This document shows, in pieces, positions 21,813 through 35,494 of a stretch of 64,000 nt of DNA. The stretch is from Lama glama (taxonomy: Eukaryota). The first letter of the stretch is position 1, and each line of letters begins with the position of its first letter. The notes under the pieces are model-generated. The model had not been told where the DNA came from, ran no database searches, and worked only from the letters and a program-made list of their open reading frames with translations. The position numbers and the translations under genes are program-made. Location of the stretch: NCBI GenBank assembly GCA_028534125.1, contig CM052817.1, forward strand, positions 102,922,001-102,986,000. Direction: 5' to 3'.

Positions 21813-24592
21813 GACAGGTAGACACAGTCTTTGGCTAGGTTTTACATTTGTTAAAGAAAAATCAGAGGCTAATCTTGAAGAAATACCGAATATTTCCAAT
21901 TTAAACTGAGAGTAAAAGGATGTGAGGCCTGGATAGAACTGACTGATTCCATGTTCCTGGCAAAAACTGGGGCTTCCTCAGAAGCCACTACAGTGATGGA
22001 GCCTCCCTTCCATTGATCTCTCAAACTTCTAATCCCAGATCATAAAACAGACAGCAGATCTGAAAAGAACACATTGGATAAGCAGGTAGAAGTATTTGGT
22101 TTTGAAATCTCTTGCTGAGTCATTCTCAAATTCTTCTACCCATCAAAAAAAAAAGTTTGCATAATTAATAGTGGTGGTCCTCTAGTGCAGGGCTAAACAA
22201 GAATGTATTTTGCTTAGCCTATTTGTAAGCCCAGGAAATGCAACTTTCCTTTAGAGGATCCTCTTGAGCTGCTGACAGTGTCCCCACTCCCTACTGCCAG
22301 ACCTTTAAAATGTCCCTTGTTAACCGAAATGACTGCAAACATCTCCTTAGACTATTTTATCATATGAGGGTTTGCAAGGGTTGGTACCTGGGGTTTGCCT
22401 AAACATCAACTTACTTTGCAGTAATGAGTATGTTTCATACATCTGTCCTGAAACATATGTCACCATATAGAGACATCTGCCTATTCTGTTTTCCTTACAG
22501 AATTTATCATTGCTCAGTTTTATAGTTTTATAAATCTGTAATCCAGAGTTAGAAAAATAGACACAGTAGAGCCTCAAACCAAAATATAGAAATGTTTCTT
22601 TAGAGCTGAAATACTTGAAGAGAATGCTGAACGGACCTTACTTCTAGCTGGCAGCTGCCTCTCACCACCGTTGCCACTTGCGGCAGAACCCCATCGCCCC
22701 CCAGCAATCTTAGGGAGGAAGCCACCCAAGATAGCTGAAGCAAGAGGTGCTTTCTATGCCAATTGGTATATCCTGTTTACTATCACAGTAATTAAAATAA
22801 ACTTGCCTTGGAGACAGTGTCAGTTAGAAATGTCTGTTTTCTAATCTAGCCAATTTGAGATCAGCTAGTTGTGATCGTTCTTTGCTATGAAACCAAGGAA
22901 CATACGAATATATTCCCCTTATGTTCCTTGTAAGAAAAAAAAAGATAACTCAGACATATATGCAATAAAAAATGTCTCCCTCTCTCCCTTGATCTCGTTC
23001 CTGGGAACACCATCAACCTGCTAACCAAATAGTGTGCATATAGACTGGCTCCATGAAACCATCTAATCTGTAGATTAAAAATAGCAAATACTGGCAATTT
23101 CATGTGGTGCAACCTATTACTTCAAGGCTTTAAAAAAAATCCTACTTTGTACTAATGCTGCTGTTCTTCTGAATTAACCTATATGCATCTACGTCAAATA
23201 TTTTTAGGTAAGTCTCTGGGTCTCAATAGTGTTTGACTCTCACATTTTCTTTTCTTTTATAAGATTTTATAAAAATCTTACATTCTATGATTTTTTAGGT
23301 CACATTATTTCATATACCACCACTGCAGGATGTTCCTAACTTGTTAATTAGAATGATACTACATTCAATAAAAATCTGTCCCTCATTGGTGTGTTCTAAG
23401 TAGCAAGTAGGGGAAGAATGAAAAAGTGAACAGAAGGCAATATTTGTTTCACAACAAAAGTTTTATGGAAGGTGTTCGCTGAGAAAAAGAAACACACCTC
23501 CTTAGGAAATAAAGACAAAGAAAAGAGCCTGCCTTTTGCAGTGGATTCTGGTCTGAGCAGGGGCTACTGATCTACAAGTCTCTGGTCATTTCTTGGTACT
23601 TGCTGACTGGCTGCACTGCCTTTGTTACCAAACTGCCTTTCATGTGGGAGAGACACCCTTAATTTTTATGGCTTTTAGCTACTCCAGACCTTTTAACTCT
23701 CCCTTTCACCCCATTCTCATGTGACCCTCTACAGCATACATAAGCTTTATTTTACCTGCTTTCTTCTAAGGCTCTCGCTCAGCCCTGAGCGGTTCTTCAC
23801 AGCACCTCTTAATTTTAATTCATGTCCCAAATGCTACTGATGCTACAGGAGATCATTTTGGGTTAACACAGTGATAAACTTAAAAAAAAAATTAAGGAGT
23901 TATATATGTTTGTGCATATTAGAAAAAATAATCAACAAAATTTGCAGTTGCATGTGTATTTCTTATAATGATGCTTAGATTAAAAAGCAAGTTAGTAGCT
24001 AAATGAAATTAAGTCAATAGTATAGTGGCCCATGAAGGTTAACTGATGTTTGATAAACACTGATCTAATTCAGTTCTTAGGTCCTCGGACCCCACACCGT
24101 CTGTGGACAGCCGTTTTGCCCCTTCCACCTCACCTGTGCTGTGCTCTGTTCCTTCTCCTACCTGCTTATCACCCATATGTGTTTCCAGAGCACAACACAG
24201 AAAGACTATGCTTGGACACAGAAACTGCATGTATTTGCTGTCAGCACTTTGGTCTGGTCTCTTATTTAAGCATTACTTGCTATGTAAGTCTCAAGAAGAG
24301 CCACTGACTTGTTTGTTCAGAAACCACGTACTATTGCCTAACGACGTCTGGAAATGATTGCACTCTGTATTCAGGCATCAGCTTTGCCAAAGGGAAATGG
24401 GGGGAATGGAAGGGAGTAAGTAGGGCTCATCGCATTTCCCACCTGCTGGGACTGAGAGGTTCGAGTCCACCAAATGGATGTAATTGTACAAAGTCTATGC
24501 CTGTACTGAATCCTCACTGTTGTCCCTGGAGCACATAGCCAAGGAGGCACAGGTCTGTCATATGCAAGTAGTCGCTCAGTCAGCAGACTAAC

Positions 24593-24717
24593 TTTTCTTT
24601 TTTAGGGGGGTAGGTAGTTAGGTTGTATTTATTTATTTTAATCAAGGTGCTAAGGATTGAACCCAGGATCTAGTGTTGATTACGTAAGCGCTCTGCCACT
24701 GAGCTGTACCTCCCACC
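24593..24717 (-). mobile_element. Vic-1-type SINE, diverged
   Basis: ggtagttaggttgtatttatttatt...ggattgaacccagga...gcgctctgccactgagctgtacctccc. Confidence 0.85.
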
Positions 24718-24724
24718 TTAGTCT

Positions 24725-24930
24725 CTCAATCCTTCTGCTTAATAGCTTGGTAACTTTGGACCCACCCTTTTAACCTTATGTGCCTTCAGTTTCCTCATCC
24801 ACAAAACAGGGATAATCTTATTCCATAATATTTCACAGAGTGTTATAAGGATTAAGTTAGTTAATCTATGTGATGTGGCTACAGTTCCTACTGCAGAGTG
24901 CACTTTCGGTATCTGTTTGCTGTTATCATC
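24725..24930 (+). mobile_element. MIR SINE
   Basis: ctgcttaatagcttggtaactttgg...cttcagtttcctcatccacaaaacagggataat...cacagagtgttataaggattaa. Confidence 0.85.
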
Positions 24931-25059
24931 TTAAATAAGTTGTAAAATGTCAAACTATTTCCAGCCCTTTTAAATACATTGTTTGAAACGCGCCTTCTCC
25001 TTCACTTCAATCTAAATGGTGTAACTTCAAGGCAGAGTGATTCATTCAAGGTTATGCTG

Positions 25060-25320
25060 GAGAGAAGCCCTGGTTAAGAATACAGAACTGGTTAGGCATG
25101 CAGGCTTCATCCGCAGAAAACTCAGGAGTTCTAAGTGACTTTGCCACTGAGGAGCTATTTGGCTTTGGGCAAGTTTCTCCACTAGCTCCATTCTCCTAAT
25201 TTTTTGAAATAAGAATGAAATACCTGATAGGGTTGAACTAAGATATAGTAAGATCATGCACGTAATGTACTTGCTGGTAGGCGTAAGCACATTTCCAAGG
25301 GTGGTTATGATTATTAATTG
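25060..25320 (+). mobile_element. MIR SINE
   Basis: tggttaagaatacagaactgg...tttgccactgaggagctatttggctttgggcaagttt...cctgatagggttg. Confidence 0.65.
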
Positions 25321-26439
25321 GCATTTGCCTAGTGATCTGTGGGAAAAACCTATACACTATAAGCTTTTCCACCATCACACAAGAAATTCAACCCGCACAC
25401 AAACCTGGTTACAAATTAAATAAAGCTAGGACGGTTTTGTTTGAAAATTTCACTAATACAAAACCTATCAAATTGAAATAAAGATTTAGGTGACATTGCT
25501 GGTGTTTCTTGTAAATTCCCCAGTTTATAGAAGTATATTTACCTCTCTGACAGACATCCAGAATACCATTCATCTGGCCACTTTCTGTCCCCTTAACTTA
25601 GCTATTATGGTCTTGGGTTCATATTTTCATATTATAAGCACAAGGTTGGTCTCCCAATTTTTCCTACACAATTTTCCTGTCAAATAAAATTTGTACTTCA
25701 TTTCATTCTACCTTCCTCATGAAGATTAAAAAACAGATCTTGAAGCCTTTTATAAAACATACTATATACTTTCAAGGCAATGAAAATAATTTTAAAAATA
25801 AAATAATGAAGTAGTACCAGCCTCTTGTGAGAAAGAGATGCCTAAACTTCGTAAGGCCCATTATCTGGGTCAGTCACCTGCAAACATTTTTCTGATCCCA
25901 TGCACTTCTGAAGATAGGGAATGAGTTAGAAGGACTTGAGTCATACATGAACATATTACTGTCACCTCATAACCTCTGACCCTCCGCTGGCTCCTACAGC
26001 TGGCTGTTCTTTGGGGGCGTGCAGGTCTGCTAATCCAGTGGACAACTGTTGGGCAGTGGAGACCTGCATGCCTGACAGTGGCCAAGAGCCTCTGGTCCTG
26101 GTGGGAGGCTACAGTCTTCCTACCATCTCTGGTGAAGCCTCACTTTGCATTGTTCCTTCCTGGCTCCCCAAATGATATTCTGGACAGAAGTGCCTGCTCT
26201 GCCTGCATCCACGTCATTATTCTCATCAAGGCCACATCTTTTCCATGCATGAACCCTACAAAATACATATTTTGCCTGTCCATATGTCCTAGTGCAAAAT
26301 GATTTTTTATCTGACAAAAGTAGAATTGAGTTTATTTCAACCATCTATGTAATATTCTAATAGGCCACCACTGGAAACATTTAACCCTAGAATAAAAGTG
26401 AAAATTAATTTTAAAAATCTATACACTTAATACAAAAGC

Positions 26440-26640
26440 AGAGTTTAGGATTAGAAGATGTCTTTGAATCTTTGCTCTAATTGTTAGATGTCTTTGGATA
26501 CAGTCTTTCTTAACTTAATTTTTCTTACCTTGAAAATGAAATGCTTATCTCATGTGGTTATCTTGTGATGCAGATATATTCAGTACATAAATCACCTAAC
26601 ATGGAACGTAGTATTTGACAGGAGCTCCGTGGCTATTAAG
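26440..26640 (+). mobile_element. MIR SINE fragment
   Basis: tttgaatctttgctct...tttcttaccttgaaaatgaaa...tatctcatgtggtt...cctaacatggaacgtagt. Confidence 0.55.
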
Positions 26641-27944
26641 TCCTCACCTCCTCCCACCCACAAATAGCAGATATTCCTGAGAGCACGAAAAATCACATCA
26701 GAGACCCTGAAAAGAAACTTGTAATAAGTATTTACAAAATAATTGGGAAATGCAAAATATTCCTTCGAAGGTAAAAGGAAGATCTGGAGGGAGACTGAAA
26801 AGGAACAATGCCTGCATTCTTAACAGGACTCAGTGACTTCAGGGTTTATCTCTCCTTTTCCATTTCCTACCTATAAACTACTGAATGTTCACATAGCAGT
26901 AGTATCCTATAGCTACTTGACTGCTTCACCTTCTCAGAATAAATTTCTGACAGCCTAGATTTAGCAAAGCCAACATCTTTGAGTAAGACGGGAAGAACTG
27001 TCTACCAACCTCTAGGATAAGTTGCTGGGTGATTGGTTGGTGTATATGGAAAATTTGTTTGATAAATAAAGAATGGAAGGCAAAATAATAGAGATGATGT
27101 GTAAACCATAGTTTTTGCATAATTATTAGGTTAACATTCATGACATTAAGTAAAATAACCTTCAAAAACTAAAAAAAAAAAAAAATAAAACTTGACATCA
27201 GTTTTTACGGTGCATTGTAAAATCACAAAGTTATTTTATACCTTACTTAACTCTATTCAAATTTGCAGCTGCATTTGAACACTGGTTTTTCTGTATTTCT
27301 GAACTCTCCATCATGCTCTGGGTCTGGTGCTGGGGCCAGGCCAGATTTATTTTGCAAGCTGCACTGGGCTCTCAGGTGGCAATAATTAATGACCTTGGCC
27401 TTCAGCTTCAGGCATGGTAACTCACTTTGGATCGCTCTTCCAACCACTAAAGCAAAGTAAAATAGTTTTGCGCTGTAAAACCAACCCCCAATCAATACAA
27501 AGCGTCTGAGGTGTGTTTATTTATATATTTATTGCTTTTCATCTTCAAAGCACTTTAACAACATTAACTGATGGTCCTTAAAATAGGTGAACATGGTTTG
27601 ATCATTAACTGATAGGTGCATATCTAAAGAGCCTGGCAACACCAACTTGAAAAACCTAAGATGCGGAAGTGGCTACAACTCAGAGAGAGGACAATTTCCT
27701 TCGTGTTTTCTCTCTTCCTCACTTCTGGGGAAAGGTTTTATTCGCATTTACTCTGTGTCTGACAACCAAAACGAAAACGAAAAAAATCTTGTCAACAGAG
27801 CAGAGCACAGCTGGGCCAGGGACATGGGCTGTGTGGTGGATTCCGATTTCTTCAGGGCAGTAGTGCACTGGAATATTCACATTGCTTTGCCAGAGTACTC
27901 AGGAGAGCTGAGTTATCAAAAGCTAATTACTCAGACTAGGTTTG

Positions 27945-28030
27945 TTTGTTTGTTTGTTTTGCAGTTTTTTAACATTGCTATATTTTTTTTAACTGAAGTA
28001 TAGTCAGTTACAATGTGTCAATTTCTGGTG
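27945..28030 (-). mobile_element. Very short 5'-truncated L1 3' end with composite tail
   Basis: ttttttttaactgaagtatagtcagttacaatgtgtcaatttctggtg matches the ends of the L1s at 34860 and 50781. The imperfect direct repeat tcagactaggtttg / tcagacaagcttttg flanks it. Confidence 0.75.
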
Positions 28031-31000
28031 TCAGACAAGCTTTTGAAAGCACCCCTCACCCTCAATTATCTAGCTGTTTTAGATGAAAATGGGTGTGGTG
28101 CTTTCATTTTTTTGCTAGTGGAAAAGTGCTGACATTTCTGCATAATTTCCTCCTTTTCCTACTTTAGTTAGCATGTGTTTGATAGAAGGTTATCCCCGGT
28201 GTTTTCCAAATTATTATTATTACTCTAAAAACACCATCTGTGATTGAGGTCGCAGTTCATTGCTAGGGCTGTGCTTAGTACGAGTCCTCACTGTTTAGTA
28301 CTCTGAGATTAGCAGGTTGCTACCTTGTTTTCCCTCTCTCTTACTTTTATTCAGAAAGAGAAAAAAAAGAAGTCTGCTCATTCATACGGTTCCAACATCA
28401 AAATAAAAAGTAATTAAATTATATTGTGAGGCTAATTTCTAAGTGCAGCTCTCTTTTAAAACAAAATGCTTTAACAATTTCAAAAAGGGGTAACAACAGC
28501 CTTGGAACATTTCTAGATAACCTGTAAAAATGAGTGGGTTCTCCCTTGTTTTCTTGTTTTCTAATAACAATTGCTGTGAGAAGTGGAAACTGTCATGTGT
28601 TTGGCTTTAAAATCAGTGCAAAGTTTATGGCTTTCTCTTTTAAAATCATTAGGCCACATGCTGAGAACTTGAGCTGTTTGCTCCTGATTACCAGTGAGAC
28701 AGGAAAGCAATTAGTAGAGCAATTAACTCAATATGTAGTGGGACCTTCCATTAGCCACTTTCAATCTAAGAGCCCAGTATATAAATGCCTCAGTTCACAG
28801 GACACCTTTTCAAAGAATAAATAAAATGATCTTGAAACAAGAGGCTCTTTAGATATGCATTTATCAGTTAATGATCAAACTATACAAAAAACAGTATCAG
28901 AGCAGACTAGTTACTAAATGGTGTTATTCTTACCCCCAAAACTCACTTGCTCCTAGCTAGACTTATATTTGCTCTTTTGACCTCAGTGATCTGTTATTTT
29001 TTAATAAATTACTTCTCAAAATAATAAACATTAAAGTGAATAATGTGATGATAAATTCCAATTTAGCTCAATAGGACTTATTACAAAATTAGGTTTTTTC
29101 CCCACAAGTCCAGTATTGTAGGCTAAAGTGATGACTATTTTTTTTTTTTTTTGGATCTGAAAGATTTCCTGTGGGTTTTGAATTTCTAATCTTTAAATTT
29201 CTAAGTTTTGGGGATGAAATCTGTTTTTCTCCATTTGTCATAATGCATTTTCTCATAAGATTAATCCTTTAACCATATCACTCATTTCAGGGTAAGTTTT
29301 TTTGAATGATTTTTACATTTAAAAGTTCGCCTGAGGATTTATAATTGGTACCTTTGTACCACAATGGTGATACACTCTTGCATCTATTTAAAGCATTATT
29401 TTGTTTTATTAACGGTCAGGTTAACATGATGGGCAAATAATGAAGCACGAACTCCACATCAGAGTTTGAATACTGAAGATATCGCATGTGATGAAAATTG
29501 AAGTCTGAGGTTAGCAGAGGCATGTCTGCCCGTGGAACCTACTCAGGTGTGCTGTTACCTCCTCCTGCAACATGACGAACGTTCTCAAAGAACTATTGAT
29601 TTTGTAAGAGTTGAACTTTTACCATTGATTGTGATACTAATTAAATATGTCTAACACTTCACTGAAGAGAGAAAATATAATAATCTAAGTCATCAGACAG
29701 TCTTAACTATATTGAATCATTTGCTCTGAAGAATGCGATACCAACCCTTCGGATCCTGTTTTTCTGCCAGGTCTGCCAAGGCCACGTAGCACTGAAGCTC
29801 TTAGTTTCAAAGACAGAAACACTGCAGGAGTCAGGCACTAATTGGCCTTAATGTGCTTCAGAGTGTAGTGTTCTAATTGGCATGCTATCCGAGGCATTAC
29901 CCAGACTGTACAAAGAGGATGCTTTATGCAGACTACCTTTGGCATCTGTGTCCCTGTTGCCTGGTCAGTTATTTGACATCCAGTGACCTCTAGTGAGAAC
30001 CAGAAGTTGTTAGCCAACATAAATTTCCTTGCCCAGTTTGAGTCCCTATAGGAACTCCAGAAAAAGACAGAAAAGAACTTCAGCAAGGCTCACAGAATGC
30101 TTTTTATTTTTTCAGATCACAGCGTTAATTCAAGTTTGAGAGGGTGAAAATATTAATATATTTATACCTCTTTAGAAAATCTTCAAATTTTCTAGAAATT
30201 TCACTATAGTCATTAGAGTACCTTCAATCACTACACTAGAGAAAATTTAAATGCATACAAATAAAAGGAAAAGCATGAAAAATTCAATGATAATACAAGC
30301 TGAGTATCAAAGGAAAAAAGAAAGTAATGTGCCTCTTCCATATGTCACAGGTAAAAGTGGACAGTTATTTGGCATTTGTTTTTAGCAAATAGTTTTGCAG
30401 ATTATATGGTCAAATTTTAGAATGATACAACTATACTATGGTTTAATTAATCCTAGAAGGCATATTATTATTCCCTGAAATTGAAATATTGAATAATTAA
30501 TAATTAATGCTAATTAATTAACAATTCAATGCTAAATATATAAGCATAAATAAATACATAAAGTATGAATATCATGGCCTTAATTCTCAAAGCACATAGC
30601 ATAGCACCTAGCATTCTGAACAATTTAGTTATAACAACTATAACTTTTATAACAATGATTTGAGTTCATTGTATACTTATTAATAGAATAACCTAGGCAC
30701 AGAAAGATGAATGACACATAGTCACCACTCTCCCTGGTTGTGTAATGTAGTAGGGTGCATGGCAAAGGTAACTTGATGCAATGTGATAAATACCTTATAT
30801 GAGGAACAAATGAAAACTTACAGGTGTCCCGTGAATAATGATCACTTTCACTTTAGGAAATGAGGGGAGAGTTTTCATAGCAGTGTTGGATCCTAATAGA
30901 GCTTATGAGGGAGAATGAAAGCGGAAAAGGCAAGCACCTTTCTGCCTCTTTTGATATTCTCTAAACCTTGTTTATCTTACTCTGCCTTATTTTAGCCTTT

Positions 31001-31364
31001 ACTTAATCTGTTATATGACTATAGAAAATATTCTCTCTTTTACATCTCACCTTGCATAATAATCCCCTATTTTTTCTTAAATTTCACATATTTTTTATAA
31101 TTTTCCATATTTTAGTATTTTTATTTTTAATAACAGTGAACATATTAGTGCATTGTTTCCTTCAGGGTATTTGGTATGAATAATACACATTTTAAAAGGA
31201 CTTTAACTTAACATTTATATAAAGTTTTTCGATGTTTCAGAACTACAGTCCCTGTGGGAATTATAAAATTTATTCTCACTTAAAAAAACTGGAGCACTCC
31301 ATACCTCATCAGTGCTATAACATTTAAATATGTTCCCAGAAACAAGAGTTCAATAAAAAATCCT

Positions 31365-31705
31365 TCCTCAGTCATAGCCACAGCAATTAGACAAGAAAAA
31401 TAAATAAAAGGTATCCAAATTGGAAGGGAAGAGGTAGAATTGTCATTATATGCAGATAACAGGATAACTATATATAGAAAACCCTAAAGACTCCACACAA
31501 AAGCTAATAGAACCGATAAATGAATTCAGCAAGGTGTCAGGATACAAATTTAACCTACAGAAATCTGTTGCATTTCTTTATACTAACAATGAAGTATCAG
31601 AAAGGGAAAGTAAAAAAACAACCCCTTTTAAAATTGCATCAAAAAATAAAATACTTGTGAATAAACCAGACCAAGGAAGTGAAAGACTTATATGCTGAAA
31701 CTATC
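31365..31705 (+). mobile_element. L1 ORF2 RT-domain fragment
   Basis: Encodes decayed [27 protein letters not shown]...[26 protein letters not shown], the classic L1 RT core. Confidence 0.95.
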
Positions 31706-31710
31706 AATAT

Positions 31711-32240
31711 TCCAGTTTTATTGAGATATAATTGACATATAGCACTGTGTAAGTTTAAGGTGTACAGCATAATGATTTAACTTACATATCAAGAAATGAT
31801 TACTATAATAAGTTTGGTGAACACTCATCTCATAAAGATAGAAAATTAAAGAAATAGAAAAAAATATTTTTCCCTTGGGATGAAAACTCAGGATTTTTCT
31901 CTTAACAGCTTTTACATGTAACGTACAGCAGTGTTAATTATATTAATCAGGTTGTACACTACATACCTAGTACATATTTATCTTATACCTTCAAGTTTGT
32001 ACCTTTTGATTACCTTCATCCAATTCACCCTCCCCTCAAACTCTGTCTCTGGTAACTACAAGTCTGATCTCTTTTTCTGTGAGTTTTTTTATTTGTTATT
32101 GAAGTATATTTGACCTACAACACCATGTTAGTACCTGTTACACAGCATAGTGATTCAATATTTCTGCACATTTCAAAATGATAACTGCAATAAACCTAGT
32201 TAAGATCTGTCATCAAAGATACTGCGTAATTATTGACTAC
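31711..32240 (-). mobile_element. L1 3' UTR fragment (L1MA/artiodactyl type)
   Basis: ccagttttattgagatataattgacatatagcactgtgtaagtttaaggtgtacagc...tctggtaactacaagtctgatctctttttctgtgagtt. Confidence 0.9.
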
Positions 32241-34859
32241 AAACACATTTTCTTATTTAGTCAATCGAGCATAAAATTAATTGATTGTATTTGGCCATAT
32301 TGTAACTTGTTTGGTATGATTATCTTTTATCTCTCTTTTTCTCTTTTAGGTAGGGAGTTTAGTCTAAATAGTCCTAGATCTATTCTTATGGATCTAGCTT
32401 CCCAAGATCCGTATAAGTTGGCTTTTAAACTAAAGAAAATTATATGACAAGATAGACATTTACATGATTTTTTTTCTTCATCCTATTTGGCAATACTGAA
32501 CGAGGATCAAATTTTGTAATTAGTAATTTTGAAAATGTAATTTCAATTAATCAACCAATATAATTCAACTATAAACAAATGTATGGAATGAGACGACAGG
32601 TAGTTAGAAAATCTGTTTTAATTTTTAAAACATCAGCTGTTAGAATCATTTAAAGATACTTAGTTGGCTTGGATCATCAGAATCATAGCAATTGAAATGA
32701 TCACAGATCATGTCCAACTCCCTCATTTCTAAAATAATTGAAACTGTGATTCTCTTGGAGATTCGCACGAATGCCAGGTAGCCAGTAAGACTCTTAGTTG
32801 CAGTCATTTTGTTTGGGTTTAGTCTGAATTTTCTCTTTCGATTTCTGATTCAGAATTTGAGTCAGATGACTGAATTCTCACAAATTCTTTGGAAAGTATG
32901 TGAGTGTTAGTACTTTAGAAAATACTTGAGATACTACAGAATGAGCATTGCTTAGCTGTGTCTCCACATACAAAAGGCAATGGATGAAGGCATTTTCTTC
33001 TACGTAATGGATGGAGGGGAACTGACCAGAAGCATCCACATCACTCTCCTGGGGTTCTCTTGGCCGTCATCTGACACCATCAACAGGTATGTCCACTCAG
33101 ATACTCACTAATTACTCAGAGAAAAATTAGTACTGGGTAAAATATTATCCACAGATTATATGGTAGAATTTATTTTTGGTGATGTTGATATTGTTTTATT
33201 GCTCTCTGAAGAACCTGACTCAAAAAATAAACCAATGCAGGGAAATAAATTCAATTTTACTTTATTTCCAACTCAGTTCAACCAGTATTCTGTTATACAT
33301 TCTAAAGAACAAAATGGAAAAGACATGATTTCTTACCTGAAGCAAAACATGTTTTTTTAATGTGAAAACAGTCACCCGGAAGCTGATTCTTTGGCTGCCA
33401 TGGAAATTCAAAATTGGTGCATAACCATAAAATGATGCCTAAAGAAATAAGTCTAAATCTTTTGACCTTGTACATTATTTTGTATTTCTGCTTTGTCACC
33501 CTTTCATAAACACAATGCTGGATACAATAGACTCTGTATATTGTATATATATAAATTGCATGCTAGATAGATTCTTCTTGGGTAATACTACCATCTACTT
33601 TGTTGGTTAGCTGAATTGAAATGTACACTTACCTTGGCAGTGCCAGTAAGTTGGAGAAAGATTGTGCTTCTTTCAGAATGTTGAACATTATCTACCCATC
33701 AGCAGTAACTGTTTTTCTGTATCAATACCCAGTTTGCTATAAGATACATCATACGTTCAGACCTTTTTGATTACTTAGGTCATACATTTTATCACTGAAA
33801 TTTATGGTTTTTCCCTGCTAACTTTTATGAATGTTTCTGAATACTGCATGCCCTAAGCTTTGGAGGCTTAGCAGCATGCAACCTAAACAGGTTTAGAGTC
33901 TCTAGAGTCTCTAGTCTCCGTTCAGCTGACTTTTCAGTTCTTTCAAATTTTTCCAAGTGGTACATCTGGTACAGGGATTAGAGCAACTTTTCCATTTGTG
34001 GAAGTTCCTTTGTAGAAAGATGATTATTTTTTCTTCTGAGATTCTTGATTCTTTCATGGATATTCAGGTTTTTACTATATCTTCAGTCAAACGTGATAAT
34101 TTCATTTTTCTTAGAAAATTATGAACTCCATTTCATTAGTTTGATTAAGATTTTAAAATTTACAAACGTTTACATAAATGCAATGTTTTATTATAATCTT
34201 TAGCTTTTTAATTGTACAACGCATACTTTTTGGTTTCAATTTTACACATTTCCAATTTAACTTTCACTTACTTATTAGACTAGTCAAAAATTTTGTTTTT
34301 GGTTGATTCATCTTTTTCTTAATTGATTCCTTTTACATTTTATACTCATTTTATTGAAGTTTTTAAAAAAAACAGTTAAAAATCCTCAACACATGTAATT
34401 CTATTTTTTTAAACAGAAGATTTATTATACTGTGTATATCACTTGGAGTTTAGTTGCAGGAGGAAAAACTGTCCTGTCAGTTTTAAGCAAAAACAAATTT
34501 AATGGAATTGAACACTTAGAGAGATGTTAGGAGGCCTGAAGAAGCAAGCTTGATTCTGATGCAGCTGGAATGACCCCGGAAGAAGACCACAGAACTGGCC
34601 TATTAGGGAGATACCATAGTTGATACAATCAGAAAGGGAAGAATTGGAATGGCATTGCTGGAAATGTTGACTTTAAGAACACACCCCTTAGCTTCGATCC
34701 AGAAATCAGGAAATCACTGTCACCACCACACCTATTTCTGATGCAACACTGAAACACTGCTGCAGAAAACCCAATTTCTCTACCACAATGTCTACCAGGA
34801 GAAACTGCCTCTTCAACAGGAAACTGCTTCTCCCTGTTTTCATCTTTTTTAAAAAAATT

Positions 34860-35175
34860 ATTTTTTTATTGCAATATAGTCAGTTTACAATGTTGCATCA
34901 ATTTCTGGTGTACAGCATAATGTTTCAGTCATACATGTACATACATATATTCCTTTTCATATTCTTTTTCATTATAGGTTACTATAAGATAATGAATACA
35001 GTTCCCTGTGTTGTACAGTATAAACTTGTTGTTTACCTATTTTATATATAGTGGTTAGTATCTGCAAGTCTTGAACTCCCAATTTATCCCTTCCCTCTTC
35101 TTTCCCCCTTTGGCAACCGTAAGTTTGTTTTCTGTGTCTGTGAGTCGGTTTCTGTTTCATAAAGAAGTTCATCTT
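34860..35175 (-). mobile_element. Younger L1 3' UTR fragment
   Basis: tatagtcagtttacaatgttgcatcaatttctggtgtacagcataatgtttcagtcatac...gttccctgtgttgtacagta; close to the copy at 50781. Confidence 0.92.
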
Positions 35176-35184
35176 TTAGAGCCC

Positions 35185-35494
35185 TGTTGTCCACCATTGT
35201 CGCCATTAACCACATGTGGCCACCGAACACTTGAAATGTGATTAGTACAGATGGAGATGTACTGTGAGTTTAAATTACACACCAGCCATCACAGACTAAG
35301 TGGGAAAAAAGGAATGTACAACATCCCAATTTTTAAATATTGATTATATGTTGAAATGACAATATTTTGAATATATTGGGTAAAGTAAAATGCATTATTA
35401 AAATAATTCCATCTGTTGACTTTTTGTAATGTGCCTATTAGAAGATTTTAAATTGCATATGTGGCTAATATTAAATTTCTACTGTAAAGTGCTG
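35185..35494 (-). mobile_element. MER33-like hAT-Charlie DNA transposon
   Basis: ctgttgtccacc...ccacatgtggccaccgaacacttgaaatgtgattagt...tatgttgaaatgacaatattttgaatatattgggtaaa...catatgtggct...tttctactgtaaagtgctg. Confidence 0.88.

Noticed and set aside
23400..26310. Possible old LTR fragments at about 23.4-24.4 kb and 25.9-26.3 kb (also 0.65-1.1 kb)
   Set aside because: The composition is LTR-like, but I cannot match termini or a family with confidence; this needs a Dfam search.
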